Of a stretch of 64,000 bases of DNA, positions 18,015-28,715 are shown one piece after another. This stretch comes from an uncultured SAR86 cluster bacterium (GTDB taxonomy: Bacteria; Pseudomonadota; Gammaproteobacteria; Magnimaribacterales; AG-339-G14): the NCBI GenBank assembly GCA_902525735.1, contig CABZIF010000001.1, forward strand, positions 66,813 through 130,812, written 5' to 3'. The notes under the pieces are model-generated. The model was not told where the DNA came from, did no database searches, and saw only the letters and a program-made list of their open reading frames with translations. Position numbers and translations under genes: made by a program. Every line of letters starts with the position of its first letter. Position 1 is the first letter of the stretch.

Positions 18015-20177
18015 ATGACTGAATACATAAATCACGGTTCTCTAAAAGTTTCCAAAGAATTAGACGATTTAATTAACAAAAAAGTTTGCGCAGGAATAGA
18101 TGTAAATCCTGATAGTTTTTGGGATAGTTTAGAACATATAATTGAGGAATTTACCCCAAGAAATAAAGCATTACTTGAAAAAAGAGAATACCTTCAAAAA
18201 AAAATTGATGAATGGCATTTAGCCAATAATAAACCCATAGACAAAGATGAATATAAAAATTTCTTGAAAGAAATTGGATATTTGCTGGAAGAAGCAGATG
18301 ATTTTTCAATAGAGACAAAAAACGTTGATCCTGAAATAGCTTCCATCGCTGGCCCTCAACTTGTTGTCCCCGTTATGAACGCAAGATTTGCTTTGAATGC
18401 AGCAAATGCAAGATGGGGAAGCTTATACGATGCACTTTACGGAACTGACGTAATTTCCGAAGAAGAAGGAGCTGAAAAAGCTGGAGCCTATAATCCAAAA
18501 AGAGGAGCTAAGGTTATTGAGTTTTCAAAAAAATTCCTTGATGACAATCTTCCCTTAATTAATGGTTCTTATAAGGACATTACTGCATTTCAGATAAAAG
18601 AAGGTAAACTCCAAATCACACTATCTGATCAAACCCAAACAACCATTGAAGATGATTCAAAATTTATTGGTTACGTTGGCACTGAGGAAAATCCAACAGG
18701 AATTTTATTAAAAAATAATCTTTTGCACTTAGAAATTCAAATTGATAGGAATGATTCCATTGGAGGTGACGATCCAGCAGGAATAAAAGATGTACTAGTT
18801 GAAAGCGCAATTACAACAATTCAGGATTGTGAAGACTCAGTTGCTGCAGTAGATGGCACTGATAAAGCAGAGGTTTATGGAAATTGGCTAGGTTTAATGA
18901 AAGGAGATTTATCTGAAACTTTCGAAAAAAATGGAGAAAATTTGACGCGTACTTTAAATAAGGACAGGGAGTATCTTGATTCAAGTGGGAAAAGTTTTTC
19001 TCTTCCCGGCAGAAGCACAATGTTAGTTAGGAATGTTGGACATTTAATGACCAATCCAGGGATTTTAGACGGCAATAATCAAGAAGTTTTCGAAGGCATT
19101 ATGGATGCAATGTTCACTATTACAATTGCAAAACATGATCTGCTTTCTTCAGGCGAATTCTCAAATAGTAGAGCTAAAAGTATTTACATAGTAAAACCTA
19201 AGATGCATGGCCCCGAAGAGGTTAAATTTACTTGTGATTTATTTGCAGCAGTAGAAAAAGCTATAGGCTTAGATCCTCTAACAGTAAAAGTAGGCATCAT
19301 GGATGAAGAAAGGAGAACGACGGTTAATTTGAAAGAATGCATCAAGGTTGCGAAAGATAGAGTGATATTTATCAACACTGGCTTTTTGGATAGAACTGGC
19401 GATGAAATTCATACAAGCATGGAAGCAGGACCTTTCATTAAAAAAACTGAAATGAAACAACAACCATGGATAAATGCCTATGAAGATTGGAACGTTGATA
19501 CGGGATTAGAAACTGGATTCAAAGGAAAAGCTCAAATAGGGAAGGGAATGTGGCCGATGCCCGATGAAATGTTAAATATGTATGAAACCAAAACAATGCA
19601 TCCGGAAGCTGGAGCGGACTGTGCCTGGGTGCCATCTCCCACCGCAGCAACTTTGCATGCTCTGCATTATCATCAGTTGAATGTGCCATCTGTTCAAGAA
19701 GATTTGATTAAGAGGTCAAAGGCGAGTTTGGAAGATATTCTTGAAATCCCTTTACTAAAAAATCCAGAAACATTATCTGCAGAAGAAATTCAGGCTGAGT
19801 TAGATAACAATGCTCAAGGTATATTAGGATATGTTGTTCGTTGGATTGATCAAGGCGTAGGTTGTTCAAAAGTTCCCGATATAAACAATGTCGGGTTAAT
19901 GGAAGATAGAGCAACTTGTAGAATATCTAGTCAGCATATTGCTAATTGGCTGCATCATGGCTTGACAAATGAAGATCAAGTAATGGAAACGATGAAAAAG
20001 ATGGCGCAAGTAGTTGATGATCAAAATAAAGGTGATCCAAAATATGAAAGTATGTCGCCTGATTATTCAGGATATGCTTTTAAAGCAGCCTGTGCATTAG
20101 TTTTAGAGGGTAGAAACCAACCAAGCGGATATACTGAACCAATTTTGCATTCTAAAAGACTAGAATATAAGTCTTAA
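18015..20177 (+). CDS. glcB: Malate synthase G
   Basis: At 720 aa it has the typical G-isoform length. It carries the blocks [34 protein letters not shown] and [14 protein letters not shown]. Confidence 0.9.
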   Translation: MTEYINHGSLKVSKELDDLINKKVCAGIDVNPDSFWDSLEHIIEEFTPRNKALLEKREYLQKKIDEWHLANNKPIDKDEYKNFLKEIGYLLEEADDFSIETKNVDPEIASIAGPQLVVPVMNARFALNAANARWGSLYDALYGTDVISEEEGAEKAGAYNPKRGAKVIEFSKKFLDDNLPLINGSYKDITAFQIKEGKLQITLSDQTQTTIEDDSKFIGYVGTEENPTGILLKNNLLHLEIQIDRNDSIGGDDPAGIKDVLVESAITTIQDCEDSVAAVDGTDKAEVYGNWLGLMKGDLSETFEKNGENLTRTLNKDREYLDSSGKSFSLPGRSTMLVRNVGHLMTNPGILDGNNQEVFEGIMDAMFTITIAKHDLLSSGEFSNSRAKSIYIVKPKMHGPEEVKFTCDLFAAVEKAIGLDPLTVKVGIMDEERRTTVNLKECIKVAKDRVIFINTGFLDRTGDEIHTSMEAGPFIKKTEMKQQPWINAYEDWNVDTGLETGFKGKAQIGKGMWPMPDEMLNMYETKTMHPEAGADCAWVPSPTAATLHALHYHQLNVPSVQEDLIKRSKASLEDILEIPLLKNPETLSAEEIQAELDNNAQGILGYVVRWIDQGVGCSKVPDINNVGLMEDRATCRISSQHIANWLHHGLTNEDQVMETMKKMAQVVDDQNKGDPKYESMSPDYSGYAFKAACALVLEGRNQPSGYTEPILHSKRLEYKS

Positions 20178-20178
20178 T

Positions 20179-21177
20179 GTGAACGCTCTTGTAGAACATT
20201 TAATTTGGCTAAAGCAGGTTAAAGAAGATATTCTCGATCCCGAAAGACCAATTATAGATCCTCACCATCATCTTTGGCCTGGAGAACTTCCTTATTTATT
20301 GGATGACTTATGGAAAGATACAGATGATGGTCACAATATTAAAAAAACAGTCTTTATTGAATGCTCACAGGAATATTTATCTGACTCGAATGAGAGCTTT
20401 CAACCAGTTGGCGAAACTATTTTTGTCAGAGATATTGCATTAGAAGCAAAAAACCAACCTGATAAAGCTCAAATTTCAGGAATTGTTGGACATGTGGACT
20501 TGCTTGCAAATAACGTATCCGACGTCTTAGATAAGCATCTGGAAGAAGGGCATGGACTTTTTAAAGGTATAAGGCATGCTGGCGGATGGGATCATCATGA
20601 CGAGATTGGAAATTCTCATCATAACCCACAAAAAAATCTTTATCTTTCTGATGAATTTTCAGAGGGTCTAAATGAGTTAGAAAATAAAAACCTTACTTTT
20701 GAAGCCTGGCAGTATCATCATCAGATAAATCAAGTATCTCTTTTAGCTAGAGAACATCCAAATTTAAAAATCGTCTTAAATCATTTCAGTGGTCCCATAG
20801 GAATTGGTCCTTACAAAGATATGCGAAATGAAATTTTTGAACAATGGAAAAAAGACATAGATGAGTTAGTTAAAAATAAAAATGTTTACGCCAAATTGGG
20901 CGGTCTAGCTATGCCAATCAATGGATATAATTTTCATAAGCAATCAATACCGCCTTCATCAGATCAAATAGTAGAAGCACAAAAAAATTATTATTATTAT
21001 TCCATAAAGAGCTTTGGGCCTGAAAGATGCATGTTTGAAAGTAATTTTCCAGTTGATAAACAATCAGTTTCTTACCATGTTATTTGGAATGCTTTCAAAA
21101 AAATATCAAAAGACCACACAGAAGAAGATAAGGAATATCTTTTCTTTAAATCAGCTGAAAATTTTTATTCTCTTTAG
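20179..21177 (+). CDS. Amidohydrolase-2 (metal-dependent TIM-barrel hydrolase) family protein
   Basis: It has a GTG start 1 nt after the glcB stop. It carries IIDPHHHLW near the N-terminus, later HFSGP, and an NFPVDK-type C-terminal block. Confidence 0.6.
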   Translation: MNALVEHLIWLKQVKEDILDPERPIIDPHHHLWPGELPYLLDDLWKDTDDGHNIKKTVFIECSQEYLSDSNESFQPVGETIFVRDIALEAKNQPDKAQISGIVGHVDLLANNVSDVLDKHLEEGHGLFKGIRHAGGWDHHDEIGNSHHNPQKNLYLSDEFSEGLNELENKNLTFEAWQYHHQINQVSLLAREHPNLKIVLNHFSGPIGIGPYKDMRNEIFEQWKKDIDELVKNKNVYAKLGGLAMPINGYNFHKQSIPPSSDQIVEAQKNYYYYSIKSFGPERCMFESNFPVDKQSVSYHVIWNAFKKISKDHTEEDKEYLFFKSAENFYSL

Positions 21178-21178
21178 A

Positions 21179-22288
21179 TTATTGGTTGAAGCCTTGAATT
21201 TCAGCAGCTTCTTCTCGAACTATCTCTGGCGCTCCTAAGATTTGTCTATTTAGGCCAATTCTTTTGAACCAATAATGTAGCCCGAGTAAATCGGTAAAAC
21301 CCATCCCTCCATGGACTTCCGTTGCTTTTTTTGAAACAGATTTACCAATTTCAGATAAATGAGATTTGGCCTGACAAGCCAGCAATCTTGATTCAATTGG
21401 AGAGTCAACATCAAAAGAATGAGCCGCTTGCCAAACAAGAGAGTAGCAAGGTTCAAGATCAGCTGCCATCTCTGCACACATATGTTTTACCGCTTGAAAT
21501 GATCCGATAGTCCTGTTGAATTGTTTTCTTTCTTTCGAATAAGCGACAGCTTTCTCAATCATAGATTCCGATGCACCTAAAGTGTCGGCAGCTAAAATAA
21601 TTCTGCCGGCATCGACAACCTTTTTAACTACTTCAATATTCTTTGAAGATTCTTCTAGAATCTCACAATCAACCTTATCTAAAATTAATTCTTGAAATGT
21701 TCTAGTTTTATCTACAGTAGTCAATCTGCTAGCAGTTAAATTTTTGTCTTTCGAATCTATTAAAAATAAAACTCCAGCTTTAGTAGCCAAAATTATTTTG
21801 TCTGAATTCTCTGCGTCCATTACAAACAACGCTCTTCCTGAAGCTTTATTATTTTTTATTTCTAATCCAGCGTCTTCTCTAGCTCCAACAAACTCACTCA
21901 AACCAATACCAAATCTCGTTTCGTTAGATACAATCTTTGGAAGTAGCTCTTCTTTTTGGCTCTCGCTACCTCCCAGATTAATTGCCAAAGGAGCCATTAC
22001 GTATGAGCCTGAAAAAGGAATAGGACCAACTCCATTGCCTAAAGCTTGCGATATTGCAACAGCATGAAGCAAACCTACTCCCAGTCCTCCATATTTCTCT
22101 GGAACAAGTAGTGCATTAATACCCAAATTAATAATGCCTTGAAAAATTTCAGATTGAAGATCTTGTCCTTCACCACTTGCTATTTTTCTTATCTCATCGA
22201 TAGAGGCATTATCTGCAAGAAATTTTTTAACATTATCTTGAAAAAACTCTTGTTCCTCTGATAAACCGAAGTACATGTTAAACCTCAA
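21179..22288 (-). CDS. Acyl-CoA dehydrogenase family protein
   Basis: It has the ACAD fold with the C-terminal blocks ERKQFNRTIGSFQAVKH and VHGGMGFT. It overlaps the upstream ACAD gene by 11 nt. Confidence 0.8.
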   Translation of the reverse strand: MRFNMYFGLSEEQEFFQDNVKKFLADNASIDEIRKIASGEGQDLQSEIFQGIINLGINALLVPEKYGGLGVGLLHAVAISQALGNGVGPIPFSGSYVMAPLAINLGGSESQKEELLPKIVSNETRFGIGLSEFVGAREDAGLEIKNNKASGRALFVMDAENSDKIILATKAGVLFLIDSKDKNLTASRLTTVDKTRTFQELILDKVDCEILEESSKNIEVVKKVVDAGRIILAADTLGASESMIEKAVAYSKERKQFNRTIGSFQAVKHMCAEMAADLEPCYSLVWQAAHSFDVDSPIESRLLACQAKSHLSEIGKSVSKKATEVHGGMGFTDLLGLHYWFKRIGLNRQILGAPEIVREEAAEIQGFNQ

Positions 22289-23525
22289 CAGTAACTTTTG
22301 GTTCTCTTGGCATGCCTAATCCTCTCTCGGAAATAATATTTTTTTGAATTTGATTTGTGCCTCCACCAATTATCAATCCTAAAAAATACATATAGGTAAA
22401 TTGCCACGACCCTCCATCTCTAACATTGGGATCATCTTCATAAAGAGTTCCTAATTCACCCATGATATCTATAGCTAAACCTTCCAATTCATGTCTAAGT
22501 TCTGTTCCAACTAATTTTTGAATCATTCCGCCTAATTTCACGTTTTGATTTGGATTAATTTTTGAAGATAGCAAACGTAAGGAGTGGGCTTGAACAGCCA
22601 TTACTTTTCCTTGAACTTGAAGCAATCTATCTCTGTAAGAGGGAACATCAATTAGTCTTCTACCGTCTATTGTCTCCTCTTTCATCAAATTAATAAGAGT
22701 GTTAAGTCTATTCATTGTTGCGTTCGGATTTGCAAGAGAACCTCTTTCATGACCCAAAACGGAATTGGCTACAGACCATCCTTCTCCTCTTTTCGCGACA
22801 AGATTTTCCTCTGGAACAGTGACGTCATCGAAGAAAACTTCGTTGAATCCTGCTTTCAGAGTCATATCGACTAGAGGCCTTATTTCAATTCCAGGCGTGT
22901 CCATGGGTATTAAAATAAAGCTTATGCCTGCGTGCTTTGAAGCATCTGGTTCGGTTCTAATCAAACAAAACATCATTTGAGAAAATTGAGCAGTACTAGT
23001 CCATATTTTTTGGCCGTTAATTACCCAATTACCATCAACCAACTCTCCTTTTGTTTGAAGATTTGCTAAGTCACTTCCTGCATTTGGTTCTGAATAACCT
23101 TGGCACCAAATTGTTTCGCCATGAAGAGTGGATTTAATATATTTTTGTTTTTGTTCTTCAGAACCCCATTCTAAAAGAGTAGGCACCAACATATCTATGC
23201 CTTGACCACCCATTGCATTTGGCACCTTGTTCTTTGAAAACTCAGTTGCAATAATCCGACTTTTTATTATGTCAGGCTCTCCACCATAGCCACCGTATTC
23301 TTTGGGGATAGATCTTGCAAAGTAACCTTTTTCAATAAGTAATCTTTGCCAATCAGATCGATTTACAACTTTTCCAGTTTTTTCATTTGAATTGCCGGAT
23401 AAGGCATCATGCATTTCAAATTTTTTATCATTGGCATTAGTTATAATTGCATTGCTGTATTCTTTACAAAAGTCTTGAACATCTTTCGTAAAATCATCAT
23501 ATTCTGAGCCGAATTCAAGATCCAT
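22278..23525 (-). CDS. Acyl-CoA dehydrogenase family protein
   Basis: It carries WCQGYSEPNAGSDLA, INGQKIWTS and a C-terminal GGTNQIQKNIISERGLG. Confidence 0.8.
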   Translation of the reverse strand: MDLEFGSEYDDFTKDVQDFCKEYSNAIITNANDKKFEMHDALSGNSNEKTGKVVNRSDWQRLLIEKGYFARSIPKEYGGYGGEPDIIKSRIIATEFSKNKVPNAMGGQGIDMLVPTLLEWGSEEQKQKYIKSTLHGETIWCQGYSEPNAGSDLANLQTKGELVDGNWVINGQKIWTSTAQFSQMMFCLIRTEPDASKHAGISFILIPMDTPGIEIRPLVDMTLKAGFNEVFFDDVTVPEENLVAKRGEGWSVANSVLGHERGSLANPNATMNRLNTLINLMKEETIDGRRLIDVPSYRDRLLQVQGKVMAVQAHSLRLLSSKINPNQNVKLGGMIQKLVGTELRHELEGLAIDIMGELGTLYEDDPNVRDGGSWQFTYMYFLGLIIGGGTNQIQKNIISERGLGMPREPKVTVEV

Positions 23526-23638
23526 TTTTTCTCCTTAAATAAATATTTCAAAAAATCATTTTATAGGCAAAATAAAAAAAAACCACAGCACATTAAAAAT
23601 TATTTAAAATAAATTTGAGAGATTTCTTAAATTTGATC

Positions 23639-24034
23639 ATGAATAAGTTAGTTGATGTAGTTATGATCGCAGCAGCGATTTTTTTTCTTGGGATGGCGAT
23701 CCTCAGAATAGTTTTTTTTGATTATCAAAACTTTCCTGGTTCGGGTTTGACAGTAGAAGAGCTTTCTAATTGGAAGTCAAGAACTATTGACTCGACACTG
23801 TATTTGACTCTTTTGTATTTTATTTATAGATATTTCATCGGAAAAAATCCTACTTCAACAATTTGGCCTGTCTATGTAATAACAATATCTTTTAGCTTTA
23901 CTCAATTCATCGCTTTATTTACTTTTGAAAAAATAAATCTTTTTATGATCATAAATTTACTAATAACTATTTTTGCAGTGGTTATTTTTAGGATTGCCCA
24001 TAACAGAAGAAAAAAAGAAATCTCAACTTTTTAG
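23639..24034 (+). CDS. Uncharacterised ~4-TM membrane protein, paralog A
   Basis: The track ORF is trimmed to the ATG at 23639 (MNKLVD...). It shares the core YF-x-RYF-x-GKNPTS-x-WPV and the C-terminus RIAHNRRKKEISTF with the next gene. Confidence 0.55.
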   Translation: MNKLVDVVMIAAAIFFLGMAILRIVFFDYQNFPGSGLTVEELSNWKSRTIDSTLYLTLLYFIYRYFIGKNPTSTIWPVYVITISFSFTQFIALFTFEKINLFMIINLLITIFAVVIFRIAHNRRKKEISTF

Positions 24035-24078
24035 GTTCTGTTAAAATCGGTTTGGTTTGGAGAATTGGGAGATTTTGG

Positions 24079-24474
24079 ATGGATAGGTTTATTAAGCTTT
24101 TAATGGGTGGGTTATTTCTTACCCTTATATTTTTTTCAATAGATGGTGTTTTAGAACTCAAATATCATACTAATTTTCTTCTTTTAGGACTGAGTGAAGA
24201 TCAGTTAGAATCTTTAAGAGCTAAAACTGTAAGACCAACTTTGTACTTAACGGGGGCTTACTTTATTTTTAGATATTTTACTGGTAAAAATCCCACATCA
24301 TCTGTTTGGCCTGTCTTTGTTATGTTTGCAGCATTTACTCTTGTACAATTTTTAGCTTTTTTTACTTCTCCTATAAGAATTGCGATGATTATTAGTTTTG
24401 TGCTCTCTTTATTAACAACAGTAATCTTGAGAATTGCACATAACAGGAGACAAAAAGACGTTTCTACTTTTTAA
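24079..24474 (+). CDS. Uncharacterised ~4-TM membrane protein, paralog B
   Basis: The track ORF is trimmed to the ATG at 24079 (MDRFIK...). It has the same architecture as paralog A and ends RIAHNRRQKDVSTF. Confidence 0.55.
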   Translation: MDRFIKLLMGGLFLTLIFFSIDGVLELKYHTNFLLLGLSEDQLESLRAKTVRPTLYLTGAYFIFRYFTGKNPTSSVWPVFVMFAAFTLVQFLAFFTSPIRIAMIISFVLSLLTTVILRIAHNRRQKDVSTF

Positions 24475-24528
24475 CTAAATCTTAAAAACTTATTTATTTT
24501 CGGATAACATTTGATTTAGAATTAAATC

Positions 24529-25581
24529 ATGGAAGAACAGAAAACAGTATTGGTAACTGGAGGCTCTGGATTTATTGCCACTCACTGCATTATTAAGCTT
24601 GCTGCAGCCGGTTATAAAGTAAGATCAACAGTAAGAGATTTAGGCAGAACAAATAAACTAAATCAAATTATCTCTGACGGATTGCAAGAATATGAGGGGC
24701 AATCGGAACTAGCAATAGATTGGAAAGTAGCAAACTTAACTGAATCGGAGGGGTGGAAAGAAGCTATGGAGGGTTGTGATTATGTTCTTCATGTCGCTTC
24801 ACCTGTCATGATGGAAAATCCTAAAGATGAAAATGAATTGATCACTCCTGCTCTTGAAGGTACGAAAAATGTTTTAAAAGCAGCCTCAGAAGCTGGTGTA
24901 AAGAGAGTTGTCGTAACATCTTCTGTTGCTGCAATACTTTATGGCAGAGACGATGAAATTGATGAAAATTTTGCATTCAACGAAGAGCATTGGACCGATG
25001 TAAATCATAAAAATACAAGTGCTTACGCTAAATCTAAAACGCTAGCAGAAAAGGCTGCTTGGGAATTTATAGAAAAGGATTCTAGCGGCATGGAACTTTC
25101 TGTTGTAAACCCAGCAATGGTTTTTGGACCAGTGCTTGAAGAAGACTACGGGGCAAGTGTTGGAGTAATTCTTGAAATGATGTCAGGTAATTACCCGATG
25201 GTGCCAAATATGGATATGGGAGTGGTAGACGTTAGGGATGTTGCAGATCTTCAATTACTTGCAATGACCCGGCCTGAGGCAGCAGGCAAAAGATTTGTTT
25301 GTTCAGAAAGTAATATGATGATGAAAGAACAGACTGATTTTTTAAGAGATGCTTTTCCAGAATTTAAAAATAAAATACCATCCCGCGAAGCACCGACTTG
25401 GCTTCTAAAACTTTTTGCTTTTTTAAGACCACCTTTAAAAATGATTGCTCCCGAACTCGGAAAAAATAGAAAATTGGATTCATCCAGAGCACGAGAATTA
25501 CTTGGCTGGAAACCAAGACCGGCTCAAGAGGCTATTAAAGCAGCAGCTGATAGTTTAATTAAGTTTGATTCGCTAAACTAA
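24529..25581 (+). CDS. NAD(P)-dependent epimerase/dehydratase-type SDR (aldehyde/cinnamoyl-CoA reductase-like)
   Basis: It carries VLVTGGSGFIATH, HVASP, a TSS triad position and YAKSK (YxxxK). Confidence 0.75.
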   Translation: MEEQKTVLVTGGSGFIATHCIIKLAAAGYKVRSTVRDLGRTNKLNQIISDGLQEYEGQSELAIDWKVANLTESEGWKEAMEGCDYVLHVASPVMMENPKDENELITPALEGTKNVLKAASEAGVKRVVVTSSVAAILYGRDDEIDENFAFNEEHWTDVNHKNTSAYAKSKTLAEKAAWEFIEKDSSGMELSVVNPAMVFGPVLEEDYGASVGVILEMMSGNYPMVPNMDMGVVDVRDVADLQLLAMTRPEAAGKRFVCSESNMMMKEQTDFLRDAFPEFKNKIPSREAPTWLLKLFAFLRPPLKMIAPELGKNRKLDSSRARELLGWKPRPAQEAIKAAADSLIKFDSLN

Positions 25582-25584
25582 ACA

Positions 25585-25887
25585 TTAGTTCCTAAACTCT
25601 CTTCTTTCCCCTCTAAAAACGCAGGTTAGATGATAAACAGTTGAAACCTCCTGAGTAACATTTTGAGTGATCTCATGATTTTTATACATGCAGAAATTGG
25701 TCATCATGAAGGGTAAATCTGTTTGTTTTTCAGTCATAACATAAAGAATATCGTTCCTTTCGCAGGCTTTTTCTTCAAGCTCACTTTCAACAGTTGTTAG
25801 GTCAAGATTAGGAACTAAGCAAATATCATTAAAGCCCGACCAGGTATTTAAGCTAAAAATGAAAATTAAAAATAATATCTTCTTCAT
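25585..25887 (-). CDS. Small secreted 4-Cys hypothetical protein
   Basis: The track ORF is trimmed to the internal Met that gives the signal peptide MKKILFLIFIFSLNTWSG. I recognise no family. It is divergent from the P19-like gene. Confidence 0.4.
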   Translation of the reverse strand: MKKILFLIFIFSLNTWSGFNDICLVPNLDLTTVESELEEKACERNDILYVMTEKQTDLPFMMTNFCMYKNHEITQNVTQEVSTVYHLTCVFRGERREFRN

Positions 25888-25906
25888 GTAAAATAATTGT
25901 AAACGA

Positions 25907-26434
25907 ATGAAACACTTACTCATAATCCTTGTTCTGTTTCTAGGCTCTTTGTCCGGAGAAGAAATGGTTATTGGGAAGAAGTCTATATCTCCTGGGATAG
26001 AGTTTATTTTTGAAGCAGCTCCGAAAGATACAATATTTCCAAATAGTTTGTATCTACCAGAAAATGAGACAGATATTCATATTGAAATGCTAGCGAGTTG
26101 GAAGGAGGATAATTTAGCGTTAGCTCCTTCTGGCAGTTTTGTAGCTTATTTAGAAGTAGAGGCAATTATAAAAAATGTAAATGGTACTACTAACAAGGTA
26201 AACCTAACTCCACATTTAAACCTAATTGATAATTTGCATTACGCGCAGAATATAAAATTGCCAGGTAGTATAGATGATACTTATGATGTGACTTTCAAAA
26301 TATTACCTCCGAGAAAAGAAGTTTTGGGAATTCATTTTGATTGGAATGAAAAATTTGGTGATTTGATTAAAGAGACGTCTTTTACTTTTCTAAATCTTAA
26401 TTTTAAAAAAATTGCGCTTAAAACTAGAAGATAA
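25907..26434 (+). CDS. Periplasmic P19/FetP/Tp34-like iron-transport family protein
   Basis: It has a signal peptide. TDIHIEMLASW, FVAYLEVEA, HYAQNI and YDVTFKILPP align by eye with Campylobacter P19 (ADIHLEADIHA, YLTIAYEL, HYGANI, YELTFYI). Confidence 0.5.
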   Translation: MKHLLIILVLFLGSLSGEEMVIGKKSISPGIEFIFEAAPKDTIFPNSLYLPENETDIHIEMLASWKEDNLALAPSGSFVAYLEVEAIIKNVNGTTNKVNLTPHLNLIDNLHYAQNIKLPGSIDDTYDVTFKILPPRKEVLGIHFDWNEKFGDLIKETSFTFLNLNFKKIALKTRR

Positions 26435-26441
26435 TAACTTT

Positions 26442-27386
26442 TTATAGAGAGTCTATAAAATTTGAAATTATTTTTTCTATTTCTTCATCATGGCTGAAGC
26501 TCATATAGTGATCTCCGCCTTCTACAACATAGAGCTCAGATTTCGAGATCTCTTGAAAAGCCTTTTTAGCATGTCGCATATCGACATTTATGTCTTTTGT
26601 TCCATGGACAATTAAAGTTGGACTCTTAATCTCATTGAGGGGGAGAGATAAGTCTTTAAATTTATCTTTATCGTTTTCCCAGCCGTCTTTTCTTAAACTT
26701 AGTGGCCAAATAGACCAAAATAATTTTTTTAAATTTTCAGTATTTTTTTCGCTTTTTAGAACAGATTTTTGATTATTGACATCCGGTATTAAAAAAGAAA
26801 TCATTGCCTCAGTTCCATTTTTTTCAAGACTAGATAATAATTTCCACATGTCAAAGTCAGAAAAATTTCCTAAATCTCCAGATTGATCTTCGGCTATAGT
26901 CCAAGAGTGAGTGAGAGCCTCAAAGAGGATCAAACCTTTAGTTCTTTCAGGATAATTAGCTGCAAACTCAATGGCTGAGGGCCCACCTCCAGAAACACCC
27001 TTGAGAATTACAGAATCTATATTTAGTTCATCTAGCAATGCACTGAATAATTTAGCTTGGTCTTTGGGACTTTTTCCAGAAGTAAGTGGAGTTCTTAGAT
27101 AACCGGGTCTGCTTGGGGCTATAGTTCTAAAGCCAGCGGTTTCTGAAATTTGATCATAACCACCAGGGCTTCCGTGAATTTCTAAAATAGTTGGACCATA
27201 GAAGCCAATTTCTGAGTACTCAATCATTCCAAATCTAGTTTTAATTAATTTACTTTCAGATTCTAATTTCTGAATAGTATCCTTTTTAAAAGCTTCAAAT
27301 ATTTGTTGTTCTTCTGTCATATAGCTTTCTCCTAAAAAATTAAGAGAATACAAAAATAAAAAAAATAATAGGCCGATTTTATTCAT
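26442..27386 (-). CDS. Secreted alpha/beta hydrolase
   Basis: It has a signal peptide, an HGSPGG oxyanion region, the nucleophile elbow GVSGGG and a late GGDH. Confidence 0.65.
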   Translation of the reverse strand: MNKIGLLFFLFLYSLNFLGESYMTEEQQIFEAFKKDTIQKLESESKLIKTRFGMIEYSEIGFYGPTILEIHGSPGGYDQISETAGFRTIAPSRPGYLRTPLTSGKSPKDQAKLFSALLDELNIDSVILKGVSGGGPSAIEFAANYPERTKGLILFEALTHSWTIAEDQSGDLGNFSDFDMWKLLSSLEKNGTEAMISFLIPDVNNQKSVLKSEKNTENLKKLFWSIWPLSLRKDGWENDKDKFKDLSLPLNEIKSPTLIVHGTKDINVDMRHAKKAFQEISKSELYVVEGGDHYMSFSHDEEIEKIISNFIDSL

Positions 27387-27448
27387 ATACGAAGAAGTAT
27401 AAAATTTATTTTTGGCTTTATGTATAATTTCACTTCAATTTAAGATTA

Positions 27449-27523
<75 letters not shown>

Positions 27524-27541
27524 ATAACATAGGAGAGTGTT

Positions 27542-28699
27542 ATGGAAGAAATAAACCAAGTAATTGAAGCTGCTTTAGAAGAAAGCAACATTCCTTATGC
27601 CGCTTTCGCTGTAACTAATTCTAAGGAAACTCTATTATCCGGTTCAGTAGGTTATGAAGACTTAGAGAAAACTAAACCTCTAGAATCAAATGCAGTCTTT
27701 AGAATTGCCTCAATGACTAAAGCCTTAACCACTTCTGCCTTCATGATACTTGCCAAGGAAAAAGAATTAGATCTTCAGTCTCCTGCAGAAAATTACATCG
27801 ATGATTTGAAGAGTCTTAAAGTTGCCTCTTTGGAAAATAGTGAAATTATTTATAGCGAACCAAAAACAAAAGTAACTTTGCATCAATTATTAACTCATAC
27901 ATCAGGATTTGGATATGATTTTCATCATGAAACGCTTTCTCATCTCTTATTGGATGAAAAAATTGCTGGTCTGTTAGATAAAGAAGGAAAGTTTTTAGAG
28001 GCTCCTCTAGTTGAGCAACCTGGCAAATACTGGCATTACGGTATTGGCTTGGGTTGGATTGGGAGAATCATTGAAACTCTATCAGATCAATCATTGAATG
28101 ATTTCATGACAGAAAAATTATTCAAACCTTTAGAGATGAACAACACCTCCTTTGATATATCAATAATTGGAGAGGATAGATTGCCTAAAATTTATTCTAT
28201 CGAAGAAAGCGGGAGCTTAATTGATATTAGTGAGCTGATGTCTTCTCCTCAAATAGACAAATTTGCTTATGGCGGTGGCGGGGTATTTTCTTGTCCAGAG
28301 GACTATGCAAAATTCTTAAGAATGTTCCTAAATGGTGGCAAGGTAAATGGAGAGAATGTATTAAGTAGTGAAACAGTCAAACAAATGACTTCTAATCAAA
28401 TTGGTGAACTCAACGTGCCTTTTCAACCAACATTCAGTCCGAGTATCATCGCACCAAATGAATGGTTTCCAGGAATCGAAAAAAAATGGGGCTATAGTTT
28501 TATGATTAATTCAGAAGATGTACCAAATAGAAGGACTAAAGGCTCATGTTCTTGGTCAGGGATAATGAATACTTTCTTCTGGTTCGATCAACAAAAAGAT
28601 ATTGGCGGAACTATTATGATGCAAATTGCCCCTTGTTATCATGAAAAACCTAAGAAAGTGCTTAAAAGATTTGAAGAAGCGATTTATAAATCTATTTAA
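27542..28699 (+). CDS. Serine hydrolase, beta-lactamase/esterase (class C-like) family
   Basis: It carries the SxxK motif in FRIASMTKALT. Overall length is typical of EstB/AmpC-like proteins. The start follows AGGAGAG. Confidence 0.75.
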   Translation: MEEINQVIEAALEESNIPYAAFAVTNSKETLLSGSVGYEDLEKTKPLESNAVFRIASMTKALTTSAFMILAKEKELDLQSPAENYIDDLKSLKVASLENSEIIYSEPKTKVTLHQLLTHTSGFGYDFHHETLSHLLLDEKIAGLLDKEGKFLEAPLVEQPGKYWHYGIGLGWIGRIIETLSDQSLNDFMTEKLFKPLEMNNTSFDISIIGEDRLPKIYSIEESGSLIDISELMSSPQIDKFAYGGGGVFSCPEDYAKFLRMFLNGGKVNGENVLSSETVKQMTSNQIGELNVPFQPTFSPSIIAPNEWFPGIEKKWGYSFMINSEDVPNRRTKGSCSWSGIMNTFFWFDQQKDIGGTIMMQIAPCYHEKPKKVLKRFEEAIYKSI

Positions 28700-28715
28700 T
28701 ATTAATTAAGTTTAA

